The notes under the pieces are model-generated. The model searched no databases. It worked only from the letters and a program-made list of their open reading frames with translations, and was not told the origin of the DNA. This document shows, one piece after another, positions 8,839 to 20,497 of a stretch of 64,000 bases of DNA. This DNA is from a virus (lineage: Duplodnaviria > Caudoviricetes), in the IMG/VR virus record IMGVR_UViG_3300027708_000013, one strand, 5' to 3'. Both the position numbers and the translations under genes were made by a program. Positions within the stretch are counted from its first letter, which is position 1; each line of letters opens with the position of its first letter.

Positions 8839-9882
8839 TTAAGCAGTTTTCATACATGTTACCGAGGCCATTGCTTTCCATTTTAGTGGGAAGCTCTTAC
8901 GCAGGTCTGCGATTTTGATTGCCATACGCAGACTAACTTCACGCAAGCGGTTCTTGTTGTCTTCCAAGAAGCCAATGATCTCATCTTGCACACACGGTTC
9001 AAAATCATAGTCCGCAAACAAGGCACCATCCTGTGCAATTTGCTTGATACGCAACACCTTGTCACGCATGGTGTCCAAGGTCAAGTCCAAGTAATGGCAT
9101 CTTGACTGTAGTGCATCCAAGTGATCTTTCAACTTCTGACTTTTCATTTGATCAAACTTGAGGTTGGTAATAAACACTATACTGCCACGAAACTCAAACG
9201 AGCTGGGAACATCTTCACGTTTCAGCATACTGCTGTCACTCAACCAAGAAATTTTACGTTTCTTACCCGAGTCCAGGGCACCTTTCAACAAGTTCAATGC
9301 CACATCATCAACCAAGATACTATCACAGTCATCAAATACCAGCATGCAGTTGGCATCTGAATACTTGTACAGTGTGGAATACAAACCCAATGCGGTAGCA
9401 CTGCCTTTGACAACTTCTGCACGTAGTCGACGACCTGAGATTTGATCAAACAAACAGGCCTTTTCCACAATACGTTCTACACCGTAACTTTTACCAACTC
9501 CTGGGGGGCCCGATACAATCATTGCACGGATGTCGCCTGTGGTTGCGGCAGTGGCCATTTCATCTAAGATCTCAAATCTTTGACGAATACGCTCGATGGC
9601 TTGTTCATCTGTTTCTTGTGCAGTGACCAACGCTTCAGCTTCAGCCACCGGTGTATTACCGGCATCAACATATTCTGCTTCGCTCACAAATTCATAATCC
9701 GTCATACCCGATACCTTTACACGAATGTCGTCTGGGAAACCAGCAAATACTCCGCCATTTCTCACAGTGACATAGCCACCTTTGGCGGTAGTTTTATACT
9801 GCTCTACCAATTGGAAAATTTTACCACTTACATCTGTAGTGCGATAAGCACCTGATTTGATACGAATAAAACTGTTTGTCAT
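8839..9882 (-). CDS. AAA+ family ATPase
   Basis: GPPGVGKS Walker A and LVFDDCD Walker B; start MTNSF at 9882 with GGAG Shine-Dalgarno. Confidence 0.85.
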   Translation of the reverse strand: MTNSFIRIKSGAYRTTDVSGKIFQLVEQYKTTAKGGYVTVRNGGVFAGFPDDIRVKVSGMTDYEFVSEAEYVDAGNTPVAEAEALVTAQETDEQAIERIRQRFEILDEMATAATTGDIRAMIVSGPPGVGKSYGVERIVEKACLFDQISGRRLRAEVVKGSATALGLYSTLYKYSDANCMLVFDDCDSILVDDVALNLLKGALDSGKKRKISWLSDSSMLKREDVPSSFEFRGSIVFITNLKFDQMKSQKLKDHLDALQSRCHYLDLTLDTMRDKVLRIKQIAQDGALFADYDFEPCVQDEIIGFLEDNKNRLREVSLRMAIKIADLRKSFPLKWKAMASVTCMKTA

Positions 9883-9912
9883 ACTAGCTCCTACTGTTGT
9901 TAATATACATAT

Positions 9913-9941
9913 ATTATAGCAAAACCCCAATTATGGGTCAA
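9913..9941 (-). promoter_or_regulatory. Strong early sigma70-type promoter (repeat family 1 of 3)
   Basis: GGTTGACC-17-TATAAT; flanks shared with 10124-10152 and 10387-10415. Confidence 0.8.
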
Positions 9942-9947
9942 CCGTTT

Positions 9948-10094
9948 TTAGCCTTCCAAAGATGCAATAATCAAGGCGTTTGAAACTATAAGACCAACCA
10001 CTGCAATGGCCATAGCCGTCATGTCATGAATTATCAATTGCCCTGCTATAATGCCAAGACATCCACTGTTTATCATTACCGCTATTTTTTTCAT
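9948..10094 (-). CDS. 48 aa hydrophobic (two-TM-like) protein
   Basis: Not in the ORF track. MKKIAVMINSGCLGIIAGQLIIHDMTAMAIAVVGLIVSNALIIASLEG, with AGGAG Shine-Dalgarno and its own promoter. Confidence 0.65.
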   Translation of the reverse strand: MKKIAVMINSGCLGIIAGQLIIHDMTAMAIAVVGLIVSNALIIASLEG

Positions 10095-10123
10095 TTCTGC
10101 TCCTAATCGTTTACTATACTAAT

Positions 10124-10152
10124 ATTATAGCAAAATGGCTATTATTGGTCAA
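10124..10152 (-). promoter_or_regulatory. Strong early sigma70-type promoter (2 of 3)
   Basis: TTGACC-17-TATAAT followed by ATTAGTATAGT. Confidence 0.8.
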
Positions 10153-10357
10153 CCGTTTTTGCCACTTTCATCATTTTAAGATTGCTGTCTGTAGCACAAA
10201 TTCTAACGCCATAACAGTCGTTTTCACCGTAAATTACATCAATCCAAGGCACTGTTTTTTCTGCGGCATTTTCGGATAATGCAATGTTTTTGATTGTACC
10301 AGTTAATTTACCAGCGGCACTAACCCAAGTAATTTTATCATTAACATTTAATTTCAT
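10142..10357 (-). CDS. Small hypothetical protein
   Basis: 71 aa, AGGAG Shine-Dalgarno, own promoter. Confidence 0.7.
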   Translation of the reverse strand: MKLNVNDKITWVSAAGKLTGTIKNIALSENAAEKTVPWIDVIYGENDCYGVRICATDSNLKMMKVAKTVDQ

Positions 10358-10386
10358 TTCAGCTCCTGTTGTTTAACTATACTAAT

Positions 10387-10415
10387 ATTATAGCAAATGG
10401 CGAATTCTGGGTCAA
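10387..10415 (-). promoter_or_regulatory. Strong early sigma70-type promoter (3 of 3)
   Basis: TTGACC-17-TATAAT followed by ATTAGTATAGT. Confidence 0.8.
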
Positions 10416-10435
10416 CCAAACTGCATTAAACTACT

Positions 10436-10711
10436 TCAAATTCCATACTTAATGTTGATATCTGCTGGGCGAGACCAAAAATCATTACGAGCCAAAGATG
10501 AGGTTTCTACAATGTTAGCGAATTTTTTGAAAAATTCAATTGGCCAACCGTCCCATATCTCTACGACTTGGTGTGCTCGATCAGACTGAGGATCGCGAAG
10601 CAAAGTAGCATAGTGTATGATCAATTGACGAATATCAGTATCTGTCATATTTTCAAAGTCAACTTGTACCGTGCTGGGTTGAGTGAGCTCTGCTTGTATT
10701 TGGTCTTTCAT
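10436..10711 (-). CDS. Hypothetical protein
   Basis: 91 aa ORF with Shine-Dalgarno. Confidence 0.6.
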   Translation of the reverse strand: MKDQIQAELTQPSTVQVDFENMTDTDIRQLIIHYATLLRDPQSDRAHQVVEIWDGWPIEFFKKFANIVETSSLARNDFWSRPADINIKYGI

Positions 10712-10722
10712 TTTTCTACTCT

Positions 10723-10893
10723 TTAGGAATTCACTGTGTTGAATGGGCTTAGATCTTCTTCAAACTCACAGACTTGGTCGGCGGCTACTAACTTTGTTGA
10801 AAACTCTAAACTTTCTGCCCAGGCTTGATGCTCGGTTTCTGAGGGAAATGCTGACGAATATTCTTCGCTGGGTATGGTATTTGCATTGTTCAT
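10723..10893 (-). CDS. Small acidic hypothetical protein
   Basis: Start MNNANT at 10893 after AGGAG; ends DLSPFNTVNS. Confidence 0.6.
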   Translation of the reverse strand: MNNANTIPSEEYSSAFPSETEHQAWAESLEFSTKLVAADQVCEFEEDLSPFNTVNS

Positions 10894-10922
10894 TTCTACT
10901 CCTGATGATTGACGTAACTGCA

Positions 10923-10951
10923 AGTATAACACAGCAAGAATTGTCAGTCAA
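10923..10951 (-). promoter_or_regulatory. Sigma70-type promoter
   Basis: TTGACT-17-TATACT. Confidence 0.7.
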
Positions 10952-10952
10952 G

Positions 10953-10995
10953 AAAAAACCCGCCCAAGTGTGCATCGCAGAGAGGCCGGGCGGGT
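10953..10995 (-). terminator. Probable terminator after groEL
   Basis: ACCCGCCC/GGGCGGGT stem with a large loop, followed by T6 on the minus strand. Confidence 0.55.
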
Positions 10996-11018
10996 GTGTC
11001 CTACTTATTTAACAGCAA

Positions 11019-12937
<1,919 letters not shown>

Positions 12938-12977
12938 TATGATCTCCTTTTAAAAATGAATAAATTCTAGTTTGTTT

Positions 12978-13006
12978 ATTGTACTACAGAAATGTCGGCC
13001 TGTCAA
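12978..13006 (-). promoter_or_regulatory. Sigma70-type promoter of groES-groEL
   Basis: TTGACA-17-TACAAT, overlapping a TGTCGGC/GCCGACA hairpin that may terminate the upstream glycosyltransferase operon. Confidence 0.7.
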
Positions 13007-13033
13007 TACTGAGCCGACAAAAATATTTACCTT

Positions 13034-13804
13034 TTAGAAATACTGACACGTGGTTCTGGGAAAGAAACACTCATTCTGTTGCAAGGGTTTTATTTTGATA
13101 GTTTCTAACACTGTACTGACACCCAGCCCCATGGCTATGCTGTACACAAAGTTTTGGTTGGCCATGACTAGATCTGCTCCGGCCACCACATTGGCCAATT
13201 CTAAGAAATTATTAACAGTGTGGTGGGGGATAGCAACACCTGTTACTTGTACAAAATCTTGATGTTCTGTTGTTGTTCCAATAAAAATACCATTGTTGAT
13301 CAAGTCTGCATCAGCAACCATACTTTGCCACACTGCGTCACCGTTGGGGCAACGATATCTGGCTGTACGACTGACCACTATGGGCTTGACAGCGACAGGA
13401 TCTGCTTCCAACCAAGGTGTGTCGTAGTCCTGCATTACAAATGGCATGTTGAACGCACGGTGATAGGCTTCTACATAGTTGCCTTCAAAACCTCTAAACA
13501 GTGTTCCACGGAATCTATCTAAATCCACTGTGGGCTCAGCATCGCCCTGACTCCAAGTGCCCACTGAGTCAATATAACTTTGACGTTTGAGCAACGGCAG
13601 TAACCATGCATAGTCCTGCTCTGTAAATCTTCCTCTGTGTGCAGGATCTACTTCGTCGGGTCTATAACCGTATTGTGCTACACATGATTCTATGTTGTTT
13701 AAGGCCACCAAGAACCGGCCTGGTGGCATTTTCTTTACAATAGATAAACTGTAAATCAAATCGCCCAAGGTACCAGAATGACGAAACGTATTAGATACTG
13801 TCAT
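13034..13804 (-). CDS. GT9-like (heptosyltransferase-fold) glycosyltransferase
   Basis: HSGTLGDLI at the N-terminus; C-terminal ELANVVAGADLVMANQ matches the GT9 pattern. Confidence 0.65.
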   Translation of the reverse strand: MTVSNTFRHSGTLGDLIYSLSIVKKMPPGRFLVALNNIESCVAQYGYRPDEVDPAHRGRFTEQDYAWLLPLLKRQSYIDSVGTWSQGDAEPTVDLDRFRGTLFRGFEGNYVEAYHRAFNMPFVMQDYDTPWLEADPVAVKPIVVSRTARYRCPNGDAVWQSMVADADLINNGIFIGTTTEHQDFVQVTGVAIPHHTVNNFLELANVVAGADLVMANQNFVYSIAMGLGVSTVLETIKIKPLQQNECFFPRTTCQYF

Positions 13805-14519
13805 TGCGTCTCACACCTTTGTAGTCCGGTGATAAATTTCTTTTTGCACTGGCGGCATCAACAAACCAACGTTGATTGCTTCTGTACTGACTGTGTTGTT
13901 TGACAAACACCATGTCAACCTGTGCCAGTAAACCTGTTTCAGCAAAGCCGGTATGTATGATGTCGTAGGTAACAAAGCCTTGTTCGGCCATAAAGTTCAA
14001 GTATTCATGAAAGATTGGTTGCCCTACATACTGTTCCACCAAGCCAATTTCCAGCAATACAAATTCAAAGTTTGGTAAACATGCAACTGCACCTTTGACC
14101 ACTTCCAACTCTCCGCCCTGTACATCAATTTTAAGCAATGCAGGACCCGACAATTCAAATGCTTCCCACATGCTGTCCAGTGTGTACTGCGGAACTGTTC
14201 TAGCTCGCATTTCATAGTCACCTGCTTCAGCTTCCAGTGTAGTGAATCTACTGCTGCCACCCAGGTCAGTGGGCACGTTGAAAGCGATTTCACCATTTTC
14301 TGCACCAGCCGCGGCCAACATGTAGTTACCGCGATAACGACGGCACAGTTGTTGTAGGCTGGGTTCAAATTCTGCCAAAGGTTCTACAAACAGGTATTGT
14401 GCCTGGGGGAAATGACGATACATTTCCTCGGTGTCAGTGGCCACTCCAACATCAACCACAGTGGCAGGATCAAATCCCTGTTGCTTTATAAATGTAAAAA
14501 ATTCGTCCCAGTTTCTCAA
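13791..14519 (-). CDS. FkbM-family SAM methyltransferase
   Basis: VVDVGVATD, FVEP, LLKIDVQGGELEVVKG, QVDMVFV. Confidence 0.9.
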   Translation of the reverse strand: MRNWDEFFTFIKQQGFDPATVVDVGVATDTEEMYRHFPQAQYLFVEPLAEFEPSLQQLCRRYRGNYMLAAAGAENGEIAFNVPTDLGGSSRFTTLEAEAGDYEMRARTVPQYTLDSMWEAFELSGPALLKIDVQGGELEVVKGAVACLPNFEFVLLEIGLVEQYVGQPIFHEYLNFMAEQGFVTYDIIHTGFAETGLLAQVDMVFVKQHSQYRSNQRWFVDAASAKRNLSPDYKGVRRNDSI

Positions 14520-14520
14520 A

Positions 14521-15441
14521 TTATTCTCCTAGTTGTGTTAATATGGCTGTGGTTATTTGTTTGGTATCAAAATTGTTGGTGCAGGGATAGTTGCCTTTTT
14601 CACATACAATTTGTCTTATGGGTCTAGCCTGATGGTCATTGCAACCATGACAGTCCTCCAGTGTTGTTATCGGGGTAGCATGCCAATTGATATCCATGCG
14701 TCTATGTGGTATAATACGTTGGGGTTGCAAATGTGTCAACAAGGCAACAATGTGTGTTGAACTTGCCGCTGCACACTGCATGGGACCAGAATCTATACCA
14801 ACAAATGCTCTAGCATGGTCACATAGGTATTTTAACTGTTGGCTGTTGTATCTATCACGTGCATCAAAGAACAAAGGATGCTCTAATGTATGATCTGTTG
14901 CGCCGCCCACTGTGACTATTCGAAAGTCTGTACGTGCTGTAAATAATTGTGCAAATACATCGTACCATACCTCCAAGGAAATGTTCTTGGCACCCCAGTG
15001 CCAGTTACGCATGTGAACCACAATGAATTTTGTACCGATCTCCTGTAGATCTTGATCCACCGGGACTGTGTCTGTGGTGTCCGGGAACAGTTCCACACTG
15101 CGATTGAAATTTGTACTGCCAAACGCACGATAAAAATAACTGTCCACGTAGTGATTTAAGGGATTGATCTCGTAAGCGTCATCCAAGTTGATGTAAACAT
15201 CGTAACGCCCGGCTTCCACTGCTGCCATGGGTATTAAATTTCTCACATGTGGATTGTTTCTATACACTTCCATGCAGTCTGTGGCCACATCAATGCCAGC
15301 ATCTGCCCCGTAGCGTCGTTTCAATTCACGCACTACTCCAGTGGTCATAATGACATCACCAATGGCGGCACGCCGTTGTACCAAGATATTAATGGGTTGT
15401 TCAATCTTCAATTTGTATTCCATTCGGTCCAAGCAATCCAC
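14521..15441 (-). CDS. GT9 glycosyltransferase (ADP-heptose:LPS heptosyltransferase family)
   Basis: RRAAIGDVIMTT...ELK and FVGIDSGPMQCAAA. Confidence 0.85.
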   Translation of the reverse strand: MDCLDRMEYKLKIEQPINILVQRRAAIGDVIMTTGVVRELKRRYGADAGIDVATDCMEVYRNNPHVRNLIPMAAVEAGRYDVYINLDDAYEINPLNHYVDSYFYRAFGSTNFNRSVELFPDTTDTVPVDQDLQEIGTKFIVVHMRNWHWGAKNISLEVWYDVFAQLFTARTDFRIVTVGGATDHTLEHPLFFDARDRYNSQQLKYLCDHARAFVGIDSGPMQCAAASSTHIVALLTHLQPQRIIPHRRMDINWHATPITTLEDCHGCNDHQARPIRQIVCEKGNYPCTNNFDTKQITTAILTQLGE

Positions 15442-16114
15442 GCAGGCCCACCACTGGTACTGCTGTTACCAGTGCTTCGGGCAGGTAATAATACAACATG
15501 TGTTCAATGTCAAAATAGCCGCCCACATCCAGTCGCTGTGCCATGCCCACAAATCCTCTGAGATAACTGTCGATGATTTGATCTGTACAATTGGCTGGCC
15601 AACTCCATAATCTGCTCATGTATTGGTATTCCATGCCGTCGGTTACTGAGGGAGGGAATTGGCTCAACTTGCGTTCCAACACCACAATGCGATCCGGTAC
15701 TGTGCTGTAATATTGGGGATTGAATCTTTCGGTGAGTTGATAACGTCCCGACATTTTAAATATTCTATCAAACTGTTCAGGAATTTTAGCCGCTGTCATT
15801 TGTGAGAGCAGTTCACCAAATATCATTACTTCTGTGGTATTTTTTACAATGTCCCAGTTGTCAGTACTGTGGAATATACCTTGCACAGCTTCGTTTTCAC
15901 TGAAGTTGTAGTAGTATTCTACCTGGGATTCTATAGTGGCAATTTGCTCATCAGTGGAGGCAATACCGCCCATCTCCACAACAGCAATACTGGCCTCAGG
16001 ACAATATCTGCGTATGGATTCTATACTGTCTAGTGTTTGGGTGAGTCGCTGAGAGTTCGAGTGTACGCCAAATTTGGTATTCAAGGCGCTGGTTAAAATA
16101 AAAAGTGGTTTCAT
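15401..16114 (-). CDS. Hypothetical glycan-related protein (GT-A-like)
   Basis: FILTSAL...RLTQTLDSIESIR...IFKMSGRY pattern; located in the glycan island. Confidence 0.6.
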   Translation of the reverse strand: MKPLFILTSALNTKFGVHSNSQRLTQTLDSIESIRRYCPEASIAVVEMGGIASTDEQIATIESQVEYYYNFSENEAVQGIFHSTDNWDIVKNTTEVMIFGELLSQMTAAKIPEQFDRIFKMSGRYQLTERFNPQYYSTVPDRIVVLERKLSQFPPSVTDGMEYQYMSRLWSWPANCTDQIIDSYLRGFVGMAQRLDVGGYFDIEHMLYYYLPEALVTAVPVVGLRGLLGPNGIQIED

Positions 16115-16120
16115 ATCAGT

Positions 16121-16193
16121 ATTATATTTAAGTTCTCACCAAGTTGTCAAATATTTTTTAACCGTTGACTTACACTGTGTTAAATAATATACT
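16121..16193. promoter_or_regulatory. Divergent sigma70 promoter pair splitting the glycan island
   Basis: Minus: TTGACA-18-TATAAT (16121-16150). Plus: TTGACT-17-TATACT (16165-16193). Confidence 0.75.
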
Positions 16194-16218
16194 ATTTCAA
16201 TAACTACAGGATTTTTCA

Positions 16219-17187
16219 ATGAAACTACTCGTAACAGGTGGAGCGGGCTATATTGGCAGTAAACTTGTACCGTATCTTGCCACGCAAGGACACACCATCA
16301 CAGTGTTGGACCGTTTTGATTTTGGATGCAATGTTGAAGCCGGGCCAAACGTCACCGTGACCAAAATGGACATATTTGATGCCACAGTGGATACCTATAC
16401 AGGGTTTGACGCTGTGATTCATTTGGCCGGACTCAGCAATGACCCCATGGCCAACTTCAAACCCAGTCATAATTTTATAGAAAACTTGGGCGGAACCAGT
16501 CTAACAGCATACTTGGCCCGTGAAGCAGGTGTGCCTAAATTTATATTTGCCAGCAGTTGTAGTGTGTATGGCAGTAATGGACGCACAGTAAGCGATGAAA
16601 TGATTACTCCACAGGTGGACTTCCCTTATGGTATCAGTAAGATACAAAGCGAGCACGGATTGAACTACTTGAGCAACAGTCGATTCAAAGTAATTAATCT
16701 AAGACAAGCCACAGTGTTTGGTTGGGCGCCACGCATGCGTACAGACCTTGTGGTCAACACCATGACCAAGACCAGTGTATTGGACAGTACCATTTATATC
16801 AATGACAAAAAGGCCTGCAGACCCTTGATCCACATTGACGACTTGATTCGTGTGTATGGCGAAGTTTTAGTGCATGAAGATTTACCCACAGTGATCAATG
16901 TCAGTGCCAAAAACTACAGCATAGGTGACCTAGCCACAGAAATACGCAGTACACTGTTGCCTAGAATTCCAAAACTAACCATCATCAACAACAGAGTTCC
17001 GGATCCTAGAAGTTATTTTGTTGACAATCGAGTGATGCAAGGCTTGTTTGGCCAGTGGGATTATGTTACAATTCCCAATGCAGTTGAGGAATTGATCTCC
17101 AAGATGTCAGTAACAGATCGAGCAGGTTGGAGTGAGCCCAACTACATCAACGTAGAAATGTACAAAAAACGCATCAGTCAAGGATAA
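16219..17187 (+). CDS. NAD-dependent epimerase/dehydratase (extended SDR)
   Basis: GGAGYIG, ASSCSVYG, YGISK. Confidence 0.92.
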   Translation: MKLLVTGGAGYIGSKLVPYLATQGHTITVLDRFDFGCNVEAGPNVTVTKMDIFDATVDTYTGFDAVIHLAGLSNDPMANFKPSHNFIENLGGTSLTAYLAREAGVPKFIFASSCSVYGSNGRTVSDEMITPQVDFPYGISKIQSEHGLNYLSNSRFKVINLRQATVFGWAPRMRTDLVVNTMTKTSVLDSTIYINDKKACRPLIHIDDLIRVYGEVLVHEDLPTVINVSAKNYSIGDLATEIRSTLLPRIPKLTIINNRVPDPRSYFVDNRVMQGLFGQWDYVTIPNAVEELISKMSVTDRAGWSEPNYINVEMYKKRISQG

Positions 17188-17189
17188 CA

Positions 17190-18506
17190 ATGGAAGAAAT
17201 ATTAAAGTTAGTTCGCGAATATATTAAAAATAAACAAGCCACACAAACGTGGACAGCAGGTCGAGATCTAGTACACTATGCAGGCGCACACTTTGACAGT
17301 GATGAGTATGCAGCCGCAGTGGAAAGTTTGCTCAAAGGCTGGTTGGTCATGGGCGACAATGGCATGCAGTTTGAACGAACATTCCCGGCGCAGTTTGGTA
17401 AAACTGGTGGTATTTTGACCAACTCGGGAAGTAGCAGTAACTTGCTGATGATGGCAGCACTGACCAGCAAGCGTGGATATAACTTTCCACGTGGTACCAA
17501 AGTGTTGATGCCCATCGCAGGATTCCCTACTACACTGAATCCAACATTGCAAATGGGATTTGAGCCAGTGTTCTTGGATATTGAACTGGACACACTGAAT
17601 TTAGATTTGACACGAGCAGAAGATTTAATTCGCGAACATGATATTAAAATTCTTACATTTGCTCATGTGTTGGGTAATTGTCCCAACATGGATGATGTAA
17701 TGACCTTGGTCAAGAAATACAATTTGGTATTTTTAGAAGATTGCTGTGATGCACTGGGCAGTACCTTCAACGGTAGAGCACTGGGCAGTTATGGCCTAAT
17801 GGCAAGTTGCAGTTTTTATCCTGCACACCACATGACCATGGGCGAAGGTGGCTTTGTTGCTACTAGTGATCCACAAACTGAAATTATCCTACGCAGTTTC
17901 CGTGAATGGGGTCGTGGTTGTTATTGTGTGGGTCCTGTGGCCAACAAACTAAAATGTGGAACTTGTAACAAACGATTCAACAACTGGATTCCCACATTGC
18001 CAGATGAGATATTTGATCACAAGTTTGTATATGATGAAATTGGATATAATCTAAAGCCCATCGAAGTACAGTGTGCCATGGGTATGCAACAACTTAAAAA
18101 GTTGCCAGAGATTCACTCTTTAAGAAAACGCAACTATCAGTTACTGTTCCGCATTTACGAAAAGTACGAAGAGTTTTTCCATTTGCCAAGAGCCCAAGCA
18201 GGTGCAGATCCCAGTTGGTTTGCTTTCCCGCTGACCATACGTGAGGGTGCACCGTTCACTCGCAATGAAATTGTAGACTATTTGGAAGAAAATTTAATTC
18301 AAACCCGTCCATACTTTGCCGGCAACATCATGTTGCAACCGGCCTACAGTCACTTAATGAATCCCATGGATGCTAAAACCAATTTCCCAGTGGCCACACA
18401 TGTCATGACACACAGTTATTTCCATGGTGCCAGTGCTGTGATCACTCCCGAGCAGATTGCTTGGATTGGCGAACGGGTGGATGGATTTATGAGTTTATAC
18501 AAATAA
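17190..18506 (+). CDS. rfbH: CDP-4-keto-6-deoxyglucose 3-dehydrase (RfbH/DdhC, E1)
   Basis: DegT fold (NSGSSSNL, EDCCDALG) with His in place of the Schiff-base Lys (SFYPAHHMTMGEGG) and a Cys-rich Fe-S insert (GRGCYC...KCGTC). Confidence 0.88.
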   Translation: MEEILKLVREYIKNKQATQTWTAGRDLVHYAGAHFDSDEYAAAVESLLKGWLVMGDNGMQFERTFPAQFGKTGGILTNSGSSSNLLMMAALTSKRGYNFPRGTKVLMPIAGFPTTLNPTLQMGFEPVFLDIELDTLNLDLTRAEDLIREHDIKILTFAHVLGNCPNMDDVMTLVKKYNLVFLEDCCDALGSTFNGRALGSYGLMASCSFYPAHHMTMGEGGFVATSDPQTEIILRSFREWGRGCYCVGPVANKLKCGTCNKRFNNWIPTLPDEIFDHKFVYDEIGYNLKPIEVQCAMGMQQLKKLPEIHSLRKRNYQLLFRIYEKYEEFFHLPRAQAGADPSWFAFPLTIREGAPFTRNEIVDYLEENLIQTRPYFAGNIMLQPAYSHLMNPMDAKTNFPVATHVMTHSYFHGASAVITPEQIAWIGERVDGFMSLYK

Positions 18507-18514
18507 GGAATATT

Positions 18515-19123
18515 ATGAATGATGTTGAACGCAGAGTAGTTGATATTAGTTACCAGCATAAGATTGGACATTTGAGTTCAACTTTAAATGCAGTTAATAT
18601 CATTGAAGAGATTTATCAAAACAAAGGCCCAGACGAACCGTTTATCCTAAGTTCGGGACATGCGGCCTTGGCTTGGTATGTGGTATTAGAAAAGTATGAA
18701 GGGCAAGATGCTGAACATTTATTTGAAAAGCATGGACTTCATCCACACAGAGACGTTGAATCAGGATTGCCTTGCAGTACCGGCAGTTTGGGCATGGGAC
18801 TCACTGTTGCTGTGGGCTATGCACTGGCCAATAGAAATCGTCGTGTGCATTGTTTAATCAGTGACGGCGAGTGTGGCGAAGGATCAATCTGGGAAGCACT
18901 GAGATTTATCTATGAAGCCAAATTGGATAATCTAGAAGTCTACGTCAATGTCAACGGCATGATTGCCTACGATTTTATTGACAAAGAATATATTTTTACA
19001 AGACTACGTGCATTTTTGCCAAGAATCAACATCCGCGAAACCGAACCACCCCATTGGCCGTTTGCACAAGGTGTACTTACACACTACTATGTTTTAAAAC
19101 CAGAGGACTACGCACAACTATGA
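18515..19123 (+). CDS. Transketolase-like TPP-binding subunit (N-half), copy 1
   Basis: GHLSS, LSSGHAA, STGSLGMGL, SDGECGEGSIWEAL...NG. Confidence 0.9.
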   Translation: MNDVERRVVDISYQHKIGHLSSTLNAVNIIEEIYQNKGPDEPFILSSGHAALAWYVVLEKYEGQDAEHLFEKHGLHPHRDVESGLPCSTGSLGMGLTVAVGYALANRNRRVHCLISDGECGEGSIWEALRFIYEAKLDNLEVYVNVNGMIAYDFIDKEYIFTRLRAFLPRINIRETEPPHWPFAQGVLTHYYVLKPEDYAQL

Positions 19124-19602
19124 GACCACGTTTTGGAGAATTACTAGCAGACTCAATAGAAAAAGACAAAAGAATTTATCTATTGGCCGGAGATGTAGGA
19201 TTTGGTGTACTGAATCGTTCAAGAGAAATTGCACCCGATCGTGCCTACAACATGGGTGCCGCTGAACAACTGATATTAGGCACTGCTGTGGGCTTAACAC
19301 ACAATGGTGCCATTCCCATTTGTTACAGCATTACACCATTTATTATTTTTAGACCCTATGAGTGGTTGCGTAACTATTTAAATCACGAACTGGCTCCTGT
19401 TAAACTGGTGGGATCAGGTAGAGATCGAGATTACGGACACTTGGGATTCAGTCACTGGGCCATCGATGACGAGGCAGCACTACAGGTATTTCCAAACATT
19501 AAAATTTACAAGCCCCGAGACAGTGCCGAACTGGAAGCAATTTGGGAAGAGTTTTTATACAACGACAAACCTTGTTACTTGAATTTGTCAAAAGCCAGCT
19601 AA
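19120..19602 (+). CDS. Transketolase-like pyrimidine-binding subunit (C-half, short), copy 1
   Basis: LLAGDVGFG, NMGAAEQ, RPYEWLRN, GFSHWA. Confidence 0.9.
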   Translation: MRPRFGELLADSIEKDKRIYLLAGDVGFGVLNRSREIAPDRAYNMGAAEQLILGTAVGLTHNGAIPICYSITPFIIFRPYEWLRNYLNHELAPVKLVGSGRDRDYGHLGFSHWAIDDEAALQVFPNIKIYKPRDSAELEAIWEEFLYNDKPCYLNLSKAS

Positions 19603-19613
19603 AGGAAACAATT

Positions 19614-20486
19614 ATGGCAGTTTATGACTGTATGCATTACTGGATCGAAAACGATCTATTGGAAATTAGATTTAACGAACACTGGCACCATGTTGATAAA
19701 TTTGTCATTGTGGAAGCCGGAGAAACACACACAGGATTGCCCAAGTCATTCAACTTTGATCATGAGCGATTTGCTCCCTACGCTGAAAAAATTATATATA
19801 GAAAGTTTGACACGTTTGATCAAGCATACTTAGATTATCCGCACTTGGTAGATGAGTTTGTAACTTTGGATCGTGGTACAGCACAAAGCAGTGCTGACTG
19901 GGGCCGAGATCATTTCCAATGTAATTTTATTCTACAGGCCTTGATGGATGCCGGCGCCACAGATGATGACATAGTGTATGTAAGCTGTCCAGACGAGTTG
20001 TTGCGTGGTGCTACTTTTGAAACAGTTCGTGCTGCACTGGAACCTGTCACTGACCATGCCAACATGCCTATTATCATGTTCAAGTACATGACTTATGGGT
20101 ACAAGTTTAATTTGTTGCACAAAAGTTGGGAAGAGTCAGACTCGTCCGGCATGGTATCAAAGTTGTCCACTTACAAAAAGCGTTTGCCAGCCACCCTGCG
20201 TGATCAACGCATTTGCACACACTTGATCAACAATGCTGGATGGCATTTTACATTCATGGATCAAAACGGTGGCGAAGATATTCTAGCCAAACAACGTGCA
20301 TGGGCTCACAGTCGTGACCATGATCCAAAACACACTAAATTAAAGTTTGACAACACCACTAGAGAAGAAGCCCTGGCTAGATTTTTAGCTGACTATCATT
20401 TAGTAACAGTGCCAACAGAACCTGGTATGCAACCACAATACATTTTAGATAATTACCAGCAATTTAAAAATTACTTCAGCGAATAA
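19614..20486 (+). CDS. GT17-like glycosyltransferase
   Basis: YDC..Y..ENDLLEIR..E...VDKFVIVEA..THTG.PK, and GWHFT. Confidence 0.85.
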   Translation: MAVYDCMHYWIENDLLEIRFNEHWHHVDKFVIVEAGETHTGLPKSFNFDHERFAPYAEKIIYRKFDTFDQAYLDYPHLVDEFVTLDRGTAQSSADWGRDHFQCNFILQALMDAGATDDDIVYVSCPDELLRGATFETVRAALEPVTDHANMPIIMFKYMTYGYKFNLLHKSWEESDSSGMVSKLSTYKKRLPATLRDQRICTHLINNAGWHFTFMDQNGGEDILAKQRAWAHSRDHDPKHTKLKFDNTTREEALARFLADYHLVTVPTEPGMQPQYILDNYQQFKNYFSE

Positions 20487-20497
20487 CAGGACCTTAT

